A stretch of DNA of 63,790 nt, counting the filler, from Octopus bimaculoides (taxonomy: Eukaryota): the NCBI RefSeq assembly GCF_001194135.2. It is 4 parts of 4 records of this genome, joined end to end, with 100 filler letters (N's around TTAATTAATTAA, not from the genome) between each part and the next. Parts side by side here need not be neighbours in the genome. Positions count along the whole stretch, not along the records: positions 1 to 31,642 come from NC_068984.1; 3 more parts are not named here. One strand, given 5' to 3'. The notes beneath the pieces were generated by a model, which saw nothing but the letters and a program-made list of their open reading frames with translations, did no database searches and had not been told where the DNA came from. A program made the position numbers and the translations under genes. This document shows, in pieces, positions 16,599-31,642 of the stretch; position 1 is the stretch's first letter, and every line of letters starts with the position of its first letter.

Positions 16599-16966
16599 TA
16601 TTACCTCCGCCTTGGCGAAGGCGGAGGTATTGTTTTCAGTAGCGTTTGTTTGTTTGTTCGCGGACAAGATATCTCAAGAATCGGTAGATGGATTCGGATG
16701 AAACATTCAGGGATGTTTGGCCTCGTGACTGGCACGAACTGATTTGGGGATTGATCGGGTATCGGACAAGGATTCTGGATTATTTTTCCTGTGTTATTTT
16801 AATTAATTTTTGAGAATAGTCGAGTTCATTTTTAGTATTCTCGGTTGTGAGAGCAGTCGAGTTTATTTCAGATATTCTTATTTTTTTTTAAATCATCTCT
16901 GGTTAATCGTTGAGAGGACATTGGTGTTGCCTTGGTGAAAGTTTGCGCTTTCTGAGTGTTCTTGTT
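16599..16966 (+). mobile_element. Helentron-associated non-autonomous element (HINE-like)
   Basis: 5' TATTACCTCCGCC with hairpin ACCTCCGCC-TTGGCGAA-GGCGGAGGT, (TTTG)n, and 3' CCTTGG...GCGCTTTCTGAGTGTTCTTGTT terminal pattern. Confidence 0.7.
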
Positions 16967-17256
16967 ATACTTGAATTCAATTCAATTTATATTTTTGTCA
17001 CTACTCGTTTCGGAAACATTCACGCGAATATCCCATGGATGTATAAGGGGATTTCCAATACAGGGAGTCATTTAACTGCAGTGAAAACGGAATAAACTTT
17101 TTAAAGTTGAGGAATGGTACTTATTTTACATTAGCAAAACACTTGGAACAATACAAATCATATCACGTGCCGCCCGAAGAAAATACATGCCCTAATCGTA
17201 TATACTCAAATGTGTATATATGCGCTTATATGTGTCTTAACAATATATACACCAGC

Positions 17257-17472
17257 AATGATGACGAGCTAGCAGAATTGTTAATGCGCCAGGCAAAATA
17301 CTTGGCGGCATTTCGTCCGTATTTCCGTTCTATGTTCAATTTTCACCGAGGTCAACTTCGCCTTTTGTCCTTTCGATGTCGATAAAATAAGGTCCAGTTG
17401 AGCAAAGGGGTAGATGTAATCGACTTACCCACTCCACTGAACTTTCTGGCCTTGTGCTAAAATTTGAAACAA
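17257..17472 (+). mobile_element. SINE family A, diverged full-length copy
   Basis: GACGAGCTAGCAGAA head, GTCGATAAAATAAG core, GGCCTTGTGC tail. Confidence 0.8.
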
Positions 17473-17644
17473 GTATATACACGTACGTGTATATATGTAT
17501 TCACAAGTATACAAACATTTTGTCGTCAACATTAACAGTTTTTATACATACAATAATGTTTACATGTACATTGAGCATTTTCTTGATCGCTAAAAAATGT
17601 AGTTAAAATGAATATACTATGTTTATCGGTCATTTGCCCCATCA

Positions 17645-17966
17645 CACCAATGTGACTCTGCTGGGGCTCTACCCTGAAGGATTTTTAGTCGAGTAGGTCC
17701 CCCTCTGTACATATTTGTTTTTTTCATCTGGAACTTATTCTTTTTTTCTTAATCTCAAACGAGGGATTAAAACAAACCAGCGTGGGTTGTCAAGCGGTCG
17801 AGAGGAGAAACACACAGAAACATATATATGCACATATATTATACGATAGTCTTCCATACAGTTTCCCTTTCAAATTTACTTACAAGGCTTTGGTCCGGTC
17901 TAGGATTATTTTAGAAGACACTTGTACAAGGTACAGCGAAGTTGCTAAGTTTCTGAGCCACGCAGC
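17645..17966 (-). mobile_element. CORE-type SINE (family D), degraded; further remnants at 14160-14310 (-), 23500-23600 (-) and 49817-49935 (+)
   Basis: ACAAGGCTTTGGTC...AGAAGACACTTG shared with 24725-24888. Confidence 0.6.
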
Positions 17967-18384
17967 AAAAAATATTACAATATTGTTTGCTAAATATTAC
18001 AAGACTTGCATTACAGGTAGAAGATAAACGATATACATTGCCCGTTCGCTAATAATCAACGAATTCTAAAGTGAAGGAACAAAATTAGTCTTAACGGAAT
18101 CGCTATTTTAATAAATAACTACATCCACTCATTTCGTATTCAGCAACTGTTAAGAATTGCCTATTCACTCGCTTCCTGATCAAAAGCATAGAATTTTATG
18201 TTCTTTTTCGTTGATAACAACGATAACATGATAACCAAAGACAACATCGATGCATTTCTGCATAATATATCGATTACAAGAACGCTCAATACCTCATTCA
18301 CATCGAAGGGATCATATTCAAAAGAAACATTGTATTTGTATCCTATATATATATTATTTAGTACGTGTGTATGTATAGTTTAGT

Positions 18385-18770
18385 GGAGGCGCAATGCCCC
18401 AGTGGTTAGGGCAGCGGAATCGCGGTCATAGGATCGCGGTTTCGATTCCCAGACCGGGCGTTGTGAGTGTTTATTGAGCGAAAACACCTAAAGCTCCACG
18501 AGGCTCCGGTAGGGGATGGTGGCGAACCCTGCTGTACTCTTTCACCACAACTTTCTCTTACTTTTCCTGCTTCTTCTGTGCCTGTAATTCGAAGGGCCAG
18601 CCTTGTCACACTGTGTCACGCTGAATATCCCCGAGAACTACGTTAAGGGTACACGTGTCTGTGGAGTGCTCAGCCACTTGCACGTTTATTTCACGAGCAG
18701 GCTGTTCCGTTGACTGATCGGATCAACTGGAACCCTCGACGTCGTAAGCGACGGAGTGCCAACAACAACA
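18385..18770 (+). mobile_element. Full-length tRNA-derived SINE (family C) with (AAC)n tail
   Basis: tRNA-like head CAGTGGTTAGG...GGTTTCGATTCCC; imperfect 12-bp TSD ATGTATA(G/T)TTTA at 18371-18382 and 18771-18782. Confidence 0.85.
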
Positions 18771-20073
18771 ATGTATATTTTAAATGTGTTGTATAAATCT
18801 GGAATCAAATTTTAACATTGAAAATTATTTGGCTGCCTGACAAAAAAAGCAGCACATCACAATGAGTTTCAGGTGTAATAGATAATCATGACTTGGATAT
18901 CCACACTTACGGAAGCCAGAGCTTTGTCTGCTACAACTATGATGCTCATGCTAGGAATACTGAAAGAGTACATGAAAAAAACGACATTATAATTTCTATA
19001 GAATTGGGGTTATTTTGTTCATCTTATGGTGGATTGGTTCTAAGTACTCCATCTTGTCATTGTAGCAAGCTACCCTCAACAGTCTCGTGGAAGTTACTTT
19101 CCCTTAATTCCTAGTTCACATTTCACGTGTCAGTTATATTTATTTGTTTATATCCAAAGTTTTGCTTAAAAAATCAACTGTTTGTTTTTCTTTTATATCG
19201 CAAATTATGAATCGAGTTATCCGAATATGCTATTGGAATTTGTTTGAGATGTTTTCTGTTTCTTTCTATGACTTGTCGAGTTAGTTTCACATACAGTTAC
19301 GCCATCGTCTCTGCATAGTCTTATCCTAGTATGTTTCAGTATATCTGCCAATGTATGCCGAAAAAATACACAAGTTCTAATGTCTGAGCGCCGACATAAC
19401 TTCTAGTGATATATCAGAGAACTCTTCTCCGAATTTCTTAACCTAAGGAGATTTCACCATAAATTAACAGTCACTTCAATAGCCTATTAACATTTGGAAA
19501 ATTTTTAAAGGTTCAGCATCAGATTTCTTTGAGAGATGGATTAATTTCCACCTTATCGAACTGGAAAAGTATGTAATTATTTTGTTCATTTACATTATGA
19601 AAGCAAGTGCTCACAATGACGATACGATTCTCTTGAATATTGTTCGAAATTTGCCTAGCTTGATGCTTGTGCCTATGAATTCCTAGCATATTTACAGTGA
19701 TTGGGCTTGTTTTGATTATGTTAAACATGCGATAGATTTTACCTACGTCGCGTCATTCATAACAATGTTGCAATTTATTGCTTGGCTAAACCTTTTGCCT
19801 TGATGCTTACAGCTTTACATATATATAATATATATAAAGGATAAAATTCATATCATTTATTCATTTGTGTTGTTTAATACTAGTTTAAAGCACACATGTA
19901 CAGACACACAGAGTTTTATGCACATGCATACAAACTTAGTCACATACATAGCTACAACTATATGTCAGTGCTAATATATATANNNNNNNNNNNNNNNNNN
20001 NNNNNNNNNNNNNNNNNNNNNNNNNNNNNNNNNNNNNNNNNNNNNNNNNNNNNNNNNNNNNNNNNNNNNNNNN

Positions 20074-20111
<38 letters not shown>

Positions 20112-20732
20112 TATATGTATCTATGTATGCATATATCTATCTATATATTTATGTATGTATATACATGTAAATTTACGTACTGTTGTATTCATATTCACGC
20201 GTAAGAATATATATGTATGTGAGCGTATATTTTCGCTTCAATAAACCTACTATCATCTACGTACCTATATGCATGCTCGCAAGAACATTTACCTGCACTT
20301 GTGCTTATAAAAACGTACGCCAACATGCATTCACACAAAGCACGAATACAAACTCACATGCACTCAAAAATCACAGGAATACATACATGACTATACATGC
20401 CATAGAAATATCTGGAATGTATGATGAGTTGAATAAGTAGAAAAATGAAAGAAATGAATGGAAGTAGATTTTGATAATATCGTCCATGAGTGTACATCAG
20501 TATGAAGTAATATATTGGTTAAATGAAGTACATGGTGATAAAGGGGAGCCGGCATGGATGGCGGGGATGTTAGCATGAATGACAGGTCGTTATAGTGTTT
20601 AGCGCAAAGTTGCACTATGCAAGCAAGGCTTAAGTAAAATTAATCAACTATCAATTATTCGCCATATCAGAGTAAGAACAACAACAACAACAACAACAAC
20701 CACAAAAACAACAACAAGTTTGAGAATCACCG

Positions 20733-20774
<42 letters not shown>

Positions 20775-20775
20775 G

Positions 20776-20852
<77 letters not shown>
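20733..20852. repeat. (AGAT)n microsatellite; similar tracts at 276-338, 24893-24946, 31133-31216 and 62576-62628
   Basis: Direct inspection. Confidence 0.97.
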
Positions 20853-22373
20853 TATAAATATTTTCTGCCAATAACAACCAGAACTATCTGTTGAAATAAG
20901 AATTTCATAGCTAAGATGATAACCATTGAGCTTTTCAATTGATATTCATTATGTTTCGACAGTCTTTAATAGTTTATTTAATGTGACCAGTTTTCGGGAT
21001 TCTACTCACAGTTAGAATTGAGCTTTGAGATAACTGCCCATGGTTACAGAACCAGTTATCTGCCTTTGGCACGTCGTTCGCAGGGCCTTCCTTTGGCATG
21101 TCGTTCGTAGGGATATTCTTGGAAGTTTTCCTGAATTATTTACGCCGTTAATTGGAGTTGATCATTTTGAAAATCTGAAACACTGAATAATCCGGCTTTA
21201 CTTGAATTCGTCAATTTTTAGTGAGGTATGTTGTACTGGCTTCATGTCGAACTGGCTTCATGCTTGAATAAAATGCTTTTTTATTTGTCTCAACATTCCA
21301 TGTTGTTTAACAAATCTTCTGCATCATGATTTCGAAGTTATCTTAACTTAACACGTACACAATTCGATAATCCATTTACAGTAAACGCATCTACCAGTAT
21401 ATTCACACAAAAGCCTAATAGAAATAATGTTGAGAAGCTAAGGTTTATTGTATGATTCGAATTTAATCCGAATCAATTAAGGTTACGACTATCGACGTGT
21501 GACGTTTCAATGTGCCAAGTTTTCTGGATTTATAAATTACAACTGAACACTTCTAAAGCAAAATTTCCATTCTGAAGACATCTCTGAAGTAACTTTAATT
21601 CACGTTCAACCCAATGTTAGTCACGCTGGGTGATATATCATTGTGATGTCGAAGGAATCGTGTCGTTGTAATTGATTTGCAATTCCCTCCATTCCGATAA
21701 TGATTTTTCTTTTGCACCAGTAATATAACTAAGGTTCGACAATTCATTAAGATGATACGGCATGTTTCCAAACCAGTTTGGGATTCGTTTTCAATTTCTG
21801 GCTTTGAGAACGGAACTGATTGTGTTTTGTACTTTTTCTACATTTGTTGTCAGTTACTGACTCCCTATGTGTATGTGCGACATCAATACCTTTTGAACAA
21901 ATCTCTACATTATAAACTGTATGTAATAAAAGAATATTGGAACCGTTGACGAGTTTTGTAGACGTTAATATCATGTCTATTTGTTTGTCCTACAACATTC
22001 TCATATCATTATAATTTATTAGTCATCCATATCTTGGACATAAGGCAACAAGACAGCAGAAATGTTACTACACCAAATATTGTCAGCTGTTTCTTTTTGG
22101 CTCATTATGTTTTAAGTTCAAAACCTGCTGGTGCCAGTTTTGCCTTTCATACCTTCGTACTGATAATATAAAAATACCTATCAAGAACCGGGGTTGGTGT
22201 TATTAACTGGTCCCTTTCTCTCGAAATTGCTTGTCATGAGCCCTGCAAAGGACGGGTGTTCCGTTCAGGCAGAAGTTGCTATCTCGGCCACGTATATGCT
22301 ACGGAATCCTGATAACGTGCTTTATAATTCTTAGATGTCATGAAAAAATTTTAAAGGATTTTGGAATTACCAT

Positions 22374-22591
22374 TGTCACGATTTTAGACCGACTTTTTGA
22401 AGAAAAAATGTTTTAGCAAATAGTTTAGAGACTGATACACATGTAAGGGCCATAAATGTATACATTTACAGTCCTTACACGTAAGATTCCCTCTAAATTA
22501 GCAAACGGCGTAATTCACCAAGTGTATCAGTCTCTAAATTCGTTGCTAAAACGAATTTTTTTTTTCAAAAAGCCGGTGTAAAATCGTGACA
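22374..22591. mobile_element. MITE-like foldback with ~70-bp inverted arms
   Basis: 22374-22443 is the diverged reverse complement of 22519-22591; outer TTAA at 22351 and 22619 may mark the true ends. Confidence 0.75.
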
Positions 22592-23248
22592 CTTTTCGTC
22601 AACACAACTACAGCTCTTTTAAATTCCAGTTTTGTTCTTATATCATTCCTTGAAATTAAACAGAAGTATTTCACTTTAAACATGGTTTGCATTTAACTTA
22701 TCAAAGAAATTGGTGCTGCCTCTCCAAAATCCGTTAAACATTATTAATATCACAAACAAGACAATTTTGAAGAGTTTTAGGAATTCTCTGTTGGTAATTT
22801 ATAAGAGCTTTAGTTGCAGCCATTTGACAAAATGGCTGATCGTTAGTAAGGAAAGACACACAAATAAGAAAGAAGAAAGCAAATGACCACTGAGGAGGAC
22901 ACAGAAGTGTGACGAAAGAACTCTGGCCGAAATACGATTGATTTAAAATAAAGCTGAAGCAAATTAACACCAAATATATAGTAAGTGTGTTTTTATTGGC
23001 TAAACTGGTAACATGACCATCCTCAGATACAACAATATTTGTTTCAACACACGATTTCACATCAAGAATCTTGCAAAACGAATATATAAACGTATATATA
23101 CACACATACATATGTATTATGTATTATATTGATAAATAGATAGATAGATACACATGTATACATTTTTATATATGCACACACACACATATATATATATATA
23201 TGTATATGTATATATATAATAATATAAATAATATATATATATATAAAT

Positions 23249-23329
<81 letters not shown>

Positions 23330-24398
23330 TATGCATATGTACATACTTACATCTTTACGTATATATATCATATATGTATATACATCATATTTGTATATGT
23401 GGGCATATGACATAAGGAAATGTGTACAAGAAGATACGAAGCACGAGTACATGGAATATGAACTATTTATCGAACAACGAAAAACACAAATGGAACACTT
23501 CGGTCGTCTCTAGGGGTATAGCAAAACACTTGCTGATGGTGCCACTTGCTGGAACGTAACCCGAAATCACATGGGAACAAAGCGAGAGCTTTAAACACAC
23601 ATTTCATTGTGGTATATTCAGCCAAATGGAATCAAATAAATCGGTAGTTTAGCTGGAGACAAAGATCGTCGAGAGTGACAGAGGACCCATGAATGTGAAA
23701 ATTAAGACATCATGTGCGTGCGTTGATATATATTCCTGTGTTCGTAGGGATACAATGTACCATTAACAATATTCTGTTGAATACATTGAAATTCATGTCT
23801 TCACCTGTGCACAAAATTAAAAAGCACATTCATGTCTATCGTTGAAAAGGTGTAATTTATCATGCATATTATACTCCCTTCCGTTTTATCTTTCATTTTC
23901 TTCTTGTGTGTATATCATAAAATATATCTTTTCGCACATTTCCTCATTTTGGTCTTATGCATTTCAATTTTACTCACAGTTTTCCAACACTTTTCTTATC
24001 CTAACTTCAAAGACCTTTCGTCAGCGACACATCTTATCTGGTATTTCCTGTAAGCCTACAAAGTACTTTTTAACGAATGTTATTTATTTATCTTATAATT
24101 TGGAAGATACTGGACATTAGAAGTGTTTTCCTGCACCGTGGTGAAAACCACTTCACAGGGACAACTTGTGAAAATATCAGTGAAGTGAGATACCGAAAAA
24201 CTGAAGGCAAGAAAAGCGTATTTGTCAGGTAGTATGACTTGAAAAAGTAGGAAGCCATTTTGTAGAATGAATGCGCTCTTGGAATTTACTGAGGCCTACT
24301 CTTCGCAAATGGCCATCAATAAACTGATATTCACATAAAGAGAGTTTTCATTGATTCTTTCGCTGTCCTTCACACACACACACATATATATATATGTG

Positions 24399-24445
<47 letters not shown>

Positions 24446-24674
24446 TTGCCCGAGTGTTTGTGTTTGTGCATGTATATATATANNNNNNNNNNNNNNNNNN
24501 NNNNNNNNNNNNNNNNNNNNNNNNNNNNNNNNNNNNNNNNNNNNNNNNNNNNNNNNNNNNNNNNNNNNNNNNNNNNNNNNNNNNNNNNNNNNNNNNNNNN
24601 NNNNNNNNNNNNNNNNNNNNNNNNNNNNNNNNNNNNNNNNNNNNNNNNNNNNNNNNNNNNNNNNNNNNNNNNNN

Positions 24675-24724
<50 letters not shown>

Positions 24725-24727
<3 letters not shown>

Positions 24728-24888
24728 ACAGGCCTATTTCAGTTTCCATGTACCAAATTCACTCACAAGAATTTAGTCGGCCCGAAGCTATATTAGAAGA
24801 CACTTACCCAAGATGCCACGCAGGGGGAATGAACCTGGCACCATTTGGTTGGGAAGCAAGCTTCTTACCACACAGCCTCGACTGTGCA
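24725..24888 (-). mobile_element. CORE-type SINE (family D)
   Basis: Minus-strand head GGCTGTGTGGTAAGAAGCTTGC, then GGCATCTTGGGTAAGTGTCTTCTA resembling the CORE motif ACCTTGGGCAAGT. Confidence 0.75.
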
Positions 24889-24891
24889 TAA

Positions 24892-24947
<56 letters not shown>

Positions 24948-25571
24948 ACAGCAACGAATAAGAGTCTGATTCAATCAACCGTACACCTTTGTAAGGTCTG
25001 AATTAATTTATCGAAAGAAATCCTAACTGAATTGCGAAACAATTTTTCTTCTTTTCTTTTCGATGAAGCAGAAAAAAACAATCCATATCATACCTTTCCT
25101 AAGAAATGAAGTAACTTCTTCCAAGAATTAAGATATTTTTGCGCATCTAGATATTACAAGAGATTGCATAACGCTCTGCAGAAGTAACCGATTCTTGAAA
25201 ACAATATTGGATGCACTTCAGCTTCAAGAAGTTGTCAAATCTATATCGATTACCTATTTTTTCTATAATCTTTTCCGAAGTTTATTGAGAATTATCGAAA
25301 TGGCAATAGGAGAGTTTGGTTTTTGTTTTTTCGATTGAACACCGACCAACTTTTTAATCCACCCAAAATATATATTTCTTTATGATACTTCGAAGTAATG
25401 TGATTGTTTGTTTGTCTTCCAATATCAGGTGTTTCGTTCTAGAGACGAACTGACACAGGCAAAGTTCTCTCTCCATGTATGTCTCTCTATAACTTTCTCT
25501 CTCCACTACCTCTATCTCTTCGATGTGTGCATGTGTATGTATGTATGTATATATAAATATATATGTGTGTG

Positions 25572-25622
<51 letters not shown>

Positions 25623-26419
25623 NNNNNNNNNNNNNNNNNNNNNNNNNNNNNNNNNNNNNNNNNNNNNNNNNNNNNNNNNNNNNNNNNNNNNNNNNNNNNN
25701 NNNNNNNNNNNNNNNNNNNNNNNNNNNNNNNNNNNNNNNNNNNNNNNNNNNNNNNNNNNNNNNNNNNNNNNNNNNNNNNNNNNNNNNNNNNNNNNNNNNN
25801 NNNNNNNNNNNNNNNNNNNNNNNNNNNNNNNNNNNNNNNNNNNNNNNNNNNNNNNNNNNNNNNNNNNNNNNNNNNNNNNNNNNNNNNNNNNNNNNNNNNN
25901 NNNNNNNNNNNNNNNNNNNNNNNNNNNNNNNNNNNNNNNNNNNNNNNNNNNNNNNNNNNNNNNNNNNNNNNNNNNNNNNNNNNNNNNNNNNNNNNNNNNN
26001 NNNNNNNNNNNNNNNNNNNNNNNNNNNNNNNNNNNNNNNNNNNNNNNNNNNNNNNNNNNNNNNNNNNNNNNNNNNNNNNNNNNNNNNNNNNNNNNNNNNN
26101 NNNNNNNNNNNNNNNNNNNNNNNNNNNNNNNNNNNNNNNNNNNNNNNNNNNNNNNNNNNNNNNNNNNNNNNNNNNNNNNNNNNNNNNTGTCTCCCCTTCG
26201 CAAACTTAAGGACACAGTAATTGTGTCAAGGCTGACAGGAAGCGGTCCAGCTTCCTAGGGCTAAACGGCAGTAGTGTGTTCCCTTATTGGGATTGTCACA
26301 TTAAGTTGACAATATACTACAACTTTATCGCTCCACTACTGCTTAAATCTCTCTGAGAGATTTAGAAATATTATATTTCTAATATATATATATATAGGTG
26401 AGTGTGCATGTGTGTGGTC

Positions 26420-26600
26420 AACCTTGGAAGGTCAAACAGTTGTGGTCGCTGAAAAAGGTGATAGTAGGAGCAATAATTGTCAGCCTAGGAATAGTGAATA
26501 AAAATCCTGAGGAGTACATGGAAAAAATAGGGGCTGCAATAAGGGTGGAGGACTTTCAGAAAACACTATTGCTTGGAACCACACTTCCGGATTGTACTTG
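26420..26600 (+). mobile_element. R4/Dong-like LINE C-terminal fragment
   Basis: VKQLWSLKKVIVGAIIVSLGIVNKNPEEYMEKIGAAIRVEDFQKTLLLGT resembles the conserved ..LQK.ALLGT end of RLE-type ORFs. Confidence 0.65.
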
Positions 26601-26686
26601 AAAAAGAAGAGGTATTAACTTAGTTCAGTGGTAGTGAACAGCTGACACCGTAGTACATCTCCAGAGTTAGAAGCTGTGCAAAGATA

Positions 26687-26721
<35 letters not shown>

Positions 26722-29700
26722 TACATGATGCAGTACCATGCAGTGGCTCTCTTGGCTTCTGATCTTAACTGATTGGAAGTGGTATCATCTCTTGTCTTGG
26801 TATAAAAGATGGGTTACAGCAAATATTCTGCTTAATACCACATATTTGCTAGTCAGTTGTTTGACCTCAACCAGTTGACCATGTCCCTTAGTAGCTAATG
26901 ATAGATGCATCTCTGATCGCGAGCACAAGTAGTTGGGGAGCATCATAGCCATGTGTTGAGAGGAATTATCTGTGGAAACATGGATGTTATGTTCAACATC
27001 CTTAAATAACCCTGTCCGTCACAGGATTACTTATTTTTGCTAGCTTAGCAGACTAGAGTAACGTGTAATGAAATCTTCTTTTACAGAGAACACAACGCAT
27101 CAATCGGTCCAGGAATAGATATCAGAATTTTACGATCATGAGTGAAACCTGTTAACCACTACTCAGAGTATCAGATGCTGCTATATACCACTGATTACGA
27201 TGCGCTTCTTCATATTGTCTTGACTCTTGTGTGATGTTACTTCGTTGCCTAGGCTGGTGGGTGGGCAGGTCAACACTCTCCCTCATCATCGCGGGTTTTT
27301 CCATTTACAATTTAGTTTAACTGTAGGAGCGTAAAATGAAATATTTTGCTTAAAACCACAACTCTCAGGCGGTCTGCATTTCGAAACCGTGATCTTACGA
27401 TCGTAAATGCAACACCGTTAACCACTACGCCACGTGTCTTCACATTATATTTTCTCAATTGGGATCCAAGTTAATAGAAAGACTTGGCCTTAAAAGAAGC
27501 AGACTAATGAAAAGTAGAAAAGCAGACTTTTGAAAAACGCTATATAATATCTCATTCAGATTAAATTTAACATAAATCCTTGTAATAGGATTTTAGCGAA
27601 GAACAATTACAAGTAGATGCAAATCACAACCAAGACGACTGCTTTGTTTCTTTAAAGAAATGAACAAACGCAAAGGAAAATAAAAACAGCTACAAATGGA
27701 ACAGCGAATCGTAAGAAGCAAGTCGAGACAATAGAAATTGCGAAACAAATAAAGACGATGACATGAAAAGATTCTACACAGCGAATAACATTAAAAATAA
27801 AAACTCGATATACATCAATGGCTGAGAAATGCAGAAGACTGAGCTGGAATTGAAAGTTTGGATTGCAGCAAAAGAGCAGAAACTTTTATACCAGAGACCA
27901 GCAGAAACATGCAATCAAGCAGAAAGCGTTAAGTATGTGCAGAATATGAGAAGGCTCATCCATTTGGTTATTTCGTCTGACAAGTCAAATGACCAGCGTG
28001 TATTTAAATATTAATACTCTAATACAAAAAGTGTATGTATTTTGTGTGTGCGTATGTGTGGGGTCGTGCGTGTATTAGCAGTCTGTGCAGTCAGGTTTTG
28101 GGTAGGAATTCTTCCCCATTATGGAATTCGACTTTTCCAGCTTATTACTTCCTCCATCAAAGCGATGTTACCTTTTCGAACAACTGTAAAGACGGTGACC
28201 AGGAGACAGGCTGTAACTCTATGATAATTAATTTGTTGTTGCTGTTGAACTTGTTCATGCATTTATTACTGTTATTGTTTTTACTTTTGTTGCCGCGGTC
28301 GAAGTTGTGGTTATATCTGTCAGTGTTGGTTATGTTGCTGCTATTGTGAGGAGTTTGTCGGTGTTGGTGTTGGCGGATAATTGAATGACAGCTTTTCTGT
28401 CATTGCATTATATCTTTTAGCCTTGAAATTGATGCTGTTTTCATGTGATTAACTTTTTCCCTCTTTCCACTAGAGAAATGATTTCATTTTTTTTTTCTTG
28501 AAAACTATTCGCTTCTCCACGTTACAGGATCCAGTCTTGGATTATGTGAGGTATAGAGGGAAGCAGTGGATATGCGAATGTGTACGTCAATGTTTCTGTA
28601 TATTAGGGAACTTGAATATGGTAGAGAGAGTCTTGTGTTTGTCGTAATGTGGATGGGATTCGGTTACCTTTTTTAAAAAAATATACTGTGGTATAGCTAA
28701 TGATATCATGGTTGTTTTCTGCTGATATTCTTACTGTAAAGCCTGATAATAATGTCGTTGTTCTTTCCCTGCTGCTGTCATTAATGTTATGATGCTATTG
28801 TAGTTTCTAAATATGCATTTGCTGCTTTGGTTGGTTTGGGAATTGTTGTGTTGTTGGTGTTACTGCTGTTAAAAGGTGCTGTTACGCTGGTTGCGGTGTT
28901 TGCAGAAGTACATGCCTCGTCTTGCTGCTCTGAGATGTTATCGACAGAAGGCCTTGAAATATTTACTGTGACCAGATACGTGGATCGTAGTTATCTCAGT
29001 TGATACCTGTTTGGAAGCTCTGTAAGACCTGGAGCATTTCCGGTTTAACCTGGACTAAGACCCCATTTCGAACCAGTTTTGTTTAAGGTTATTTTCTCAG
29101 TCTCTACACAGGAGTCAATTGCCTCGGAACCAACGAATACTACTACACACCTAAGATCAAATTCAAGTGCCATATCTGATACATTTCCATTCATAATTTC
29201 TTTGACAGTGGACGTCGAAATGATACTGCTGTCGCACGAACTTGAGAGGGAATAACGCCTCTGTACAAGTGTGTCTGAGCTAAATCTTATTAGCCAATAC
29301 CATATTGCTTGGCTTCCACGATGAAGTCCATATCATTTTATATCCTTATCAAGCATATTTCCACACGATCAGATGTGGAATTGTATTTTCTTAAGCTCTT
29401 ACCGAAACTAAACAACACTTGTTGTATTCTACTTATCTCGTGACGTTTCTTCGTTATGGGATACATGGTACTACCAATGCGGTTCTTCTGCAATTTAAGT
29501 AGACGATTCTGTAACCTCAAACATGTATGGCTCCCATCATTTTGTAATTCAATTAATTTTGAGCCATTATTCAAGCAAAGCCTAATTTAGTTCTTTCAGC
29601 GACGATGGTGGATGGAAGCAATTCCACATTTGCTGCTCCAAAATGTACAATAAATATACAATTACAAAGAGAACCGGTGATTTCGGAGGACAAACCATAT

Positions 29701-29737
29701 TCTTTGCTTATCATCATCATCATCATCATTATTATTA

Positions 29738-29795
<58 letters not shown>

Positions 29796-30821
29796 GGAGT
29801 GATAGAGCAGTACATGCCATCAAAGTGATAATAATGTTAATAATAATCATAATAATAAATAATACTAAAAGCAAAGATACAAAGATACAAGCAAACTAGT
29901 AGCATACAAAGTTGTCAAGGGAGACAAACCAACANNNNNNNNNNNNNNNNNNNNNNNNNNNNNNNNNNNNNNNNNNNNNNNNNNNNNNNNNNNNNNNNNN
30001 NNNNNNNNNNNNNNNNNNNNNNNNNNNNNNNNNNNNNNNNNNNNNNNNNNNNNNNNNNNNNNNNNNNNNNNNNNNNNNNNNNNNNNNNNNNNNNNNNNNN
30101 NNNNNNNNNNNNNNNNNNNNNNNNNNNNNNNNNNNNNNNNNNNNNNNNNNNNNNNNNNNNNNNNNNNNNNNNNNNNNNNNNNNNNNNNNNNNNNNNNNNN
30201 NNNNNNNNNNNNNNNNNNNNNNNNNNNNNNNNNNNNNNNNNNNNNNNNNNNNNNNNNNNNNNNNNNNNNNNNNNNNNNNNNNNNNNNNNNNNNNNNNNNN
30301 NNNNNNNNNNNNNNNNNNNNNNNNNNNNNNNNNNNNNNNNNNNNNNNNNNNNNNNNNNNNNNNNNNNNNNNNNNNNNNNNNNNNNNNNNNNNNNNNNNNN
30401 NNNNNNNNNNNNNNNNNNNNNNNNNNNNNNNNNNNNNNNNNNNNNNNNNNNNNNNNNNNNNNNNNNNNNNNNNNNNNNNNNNNNNNNNNNNNNNNNNNNN
30501 NNNNNNNNNNNNNNNNNNNNNNNNNNNNNNNNNNNNNNNNNNNNNNNNNNNNNNNNNNNNNNNNNNNNNNNNNNNNNNNNNNNNNNNNNNNNNNNNNNNN
30601 NNNNNNNNNNNNNNNNNNNNNNNNNNNNNNNNNNNNNNNNNNNNNNNNNNNNNNNNNNNNNNNNNNNNNNNNNNNNNNNNNNNNNNNNNNNNNNNNNNNN
30701 NNNNNNNNNNNNNNNNNNNNNNNNNNNNNNNNNNNNNNNNNNNNNNNNNNNNNNNNNNNNNNNNNNNNNNNNNNNNNNNNNNNNNNNNNNNNNNNNNNNN
30801 NNNNNNNNNNNNNNNNNNNNN

Positions 30822-30854
<33 letters not shown>

Positions 30855-31130
30855 TCATATATGTACGCACACACGTAAATGCAAACACACATACATACAT
30901 ACATACATTCACACATACATACATACACGCATACAATCGTAATTATCTTCAGATACATATACTTATTTAAAAAAATTATATATATATGCAAGTATATGTT
31001 CATATACAGTCACACAAGCAGGTGTATATACATATGTTTATAAATACAGATCTCCATATATAACTGCATATATATACAGATATAGCTACATAAGTACATG
31101 TAGATTCATATATGAAGAACGCATATGCAT

Positions 31131-31164
<34 letters not shown>

Positions 31165-31165
31165 G

Positions 31166-31216
<51 letters not shown>

Positions 31217-31611
31217 TTACATAAATATACAAATATATGTATATATACATATACATAATTAAACATAAACATACACATACATCCCCTCATGCAAATATAT
31301 ATCATAGAATATATACACATATATACACTTACTTTCAATTCATACGTACATAATCATGTAAATATAATGAACGTGTTAATAATTTAATATTGAAGATGAA
31401 TTCATAGCTATTATTAGTTGATACAGTATTTTCTACTTACATTATTAATTTTATTGAAAAGTTTTAAAGTACTGAAAAACGCCAATATTTTTATGAAAGC
31501 ATCGGACAAGTGAATCTTTATGCTAGTTCATATAATATTTACATTTTAATATCTTTTTAATATTGTCTTTACAAATTGATATTTTTCTTCTAATATTTAA
31601 CATTTAATATG

Positions 31612-31642
<31 letters not shown>

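Noticed and set aside
18385-18455. tRNA-like sequence
   Set aside because: Head of a SINE with body, tail and TSD; no complete cloverleaf or acceptor stem, so not a tRNA gene.
21063-21112. 23-bp direct repeat pair CCTTTGGCA(C/T)GTCGTTCG(C/T)AGGG
   Set aside because: Only two copies with a 4-bp spacer; a local duplication, not a CRISPR-like array. Similar small duplications occur at about 8230-8267 and 21235-21262.
21700-21900. Minus-strand KLKTNPKLVWKH fragment
   Set aside because: Resembles the LINE ORF2 linker (K.NPK.FW) but is too short and degraded to call.
28850-29574. Protein-like minus-strand frames (GLHRGSQAIWYWLIRFSSD..., 78-aa ORF)
   Set aside because: Could be a decayed LINE ORF1, but has multiple stops and no motif I can assign; needs a profile search.
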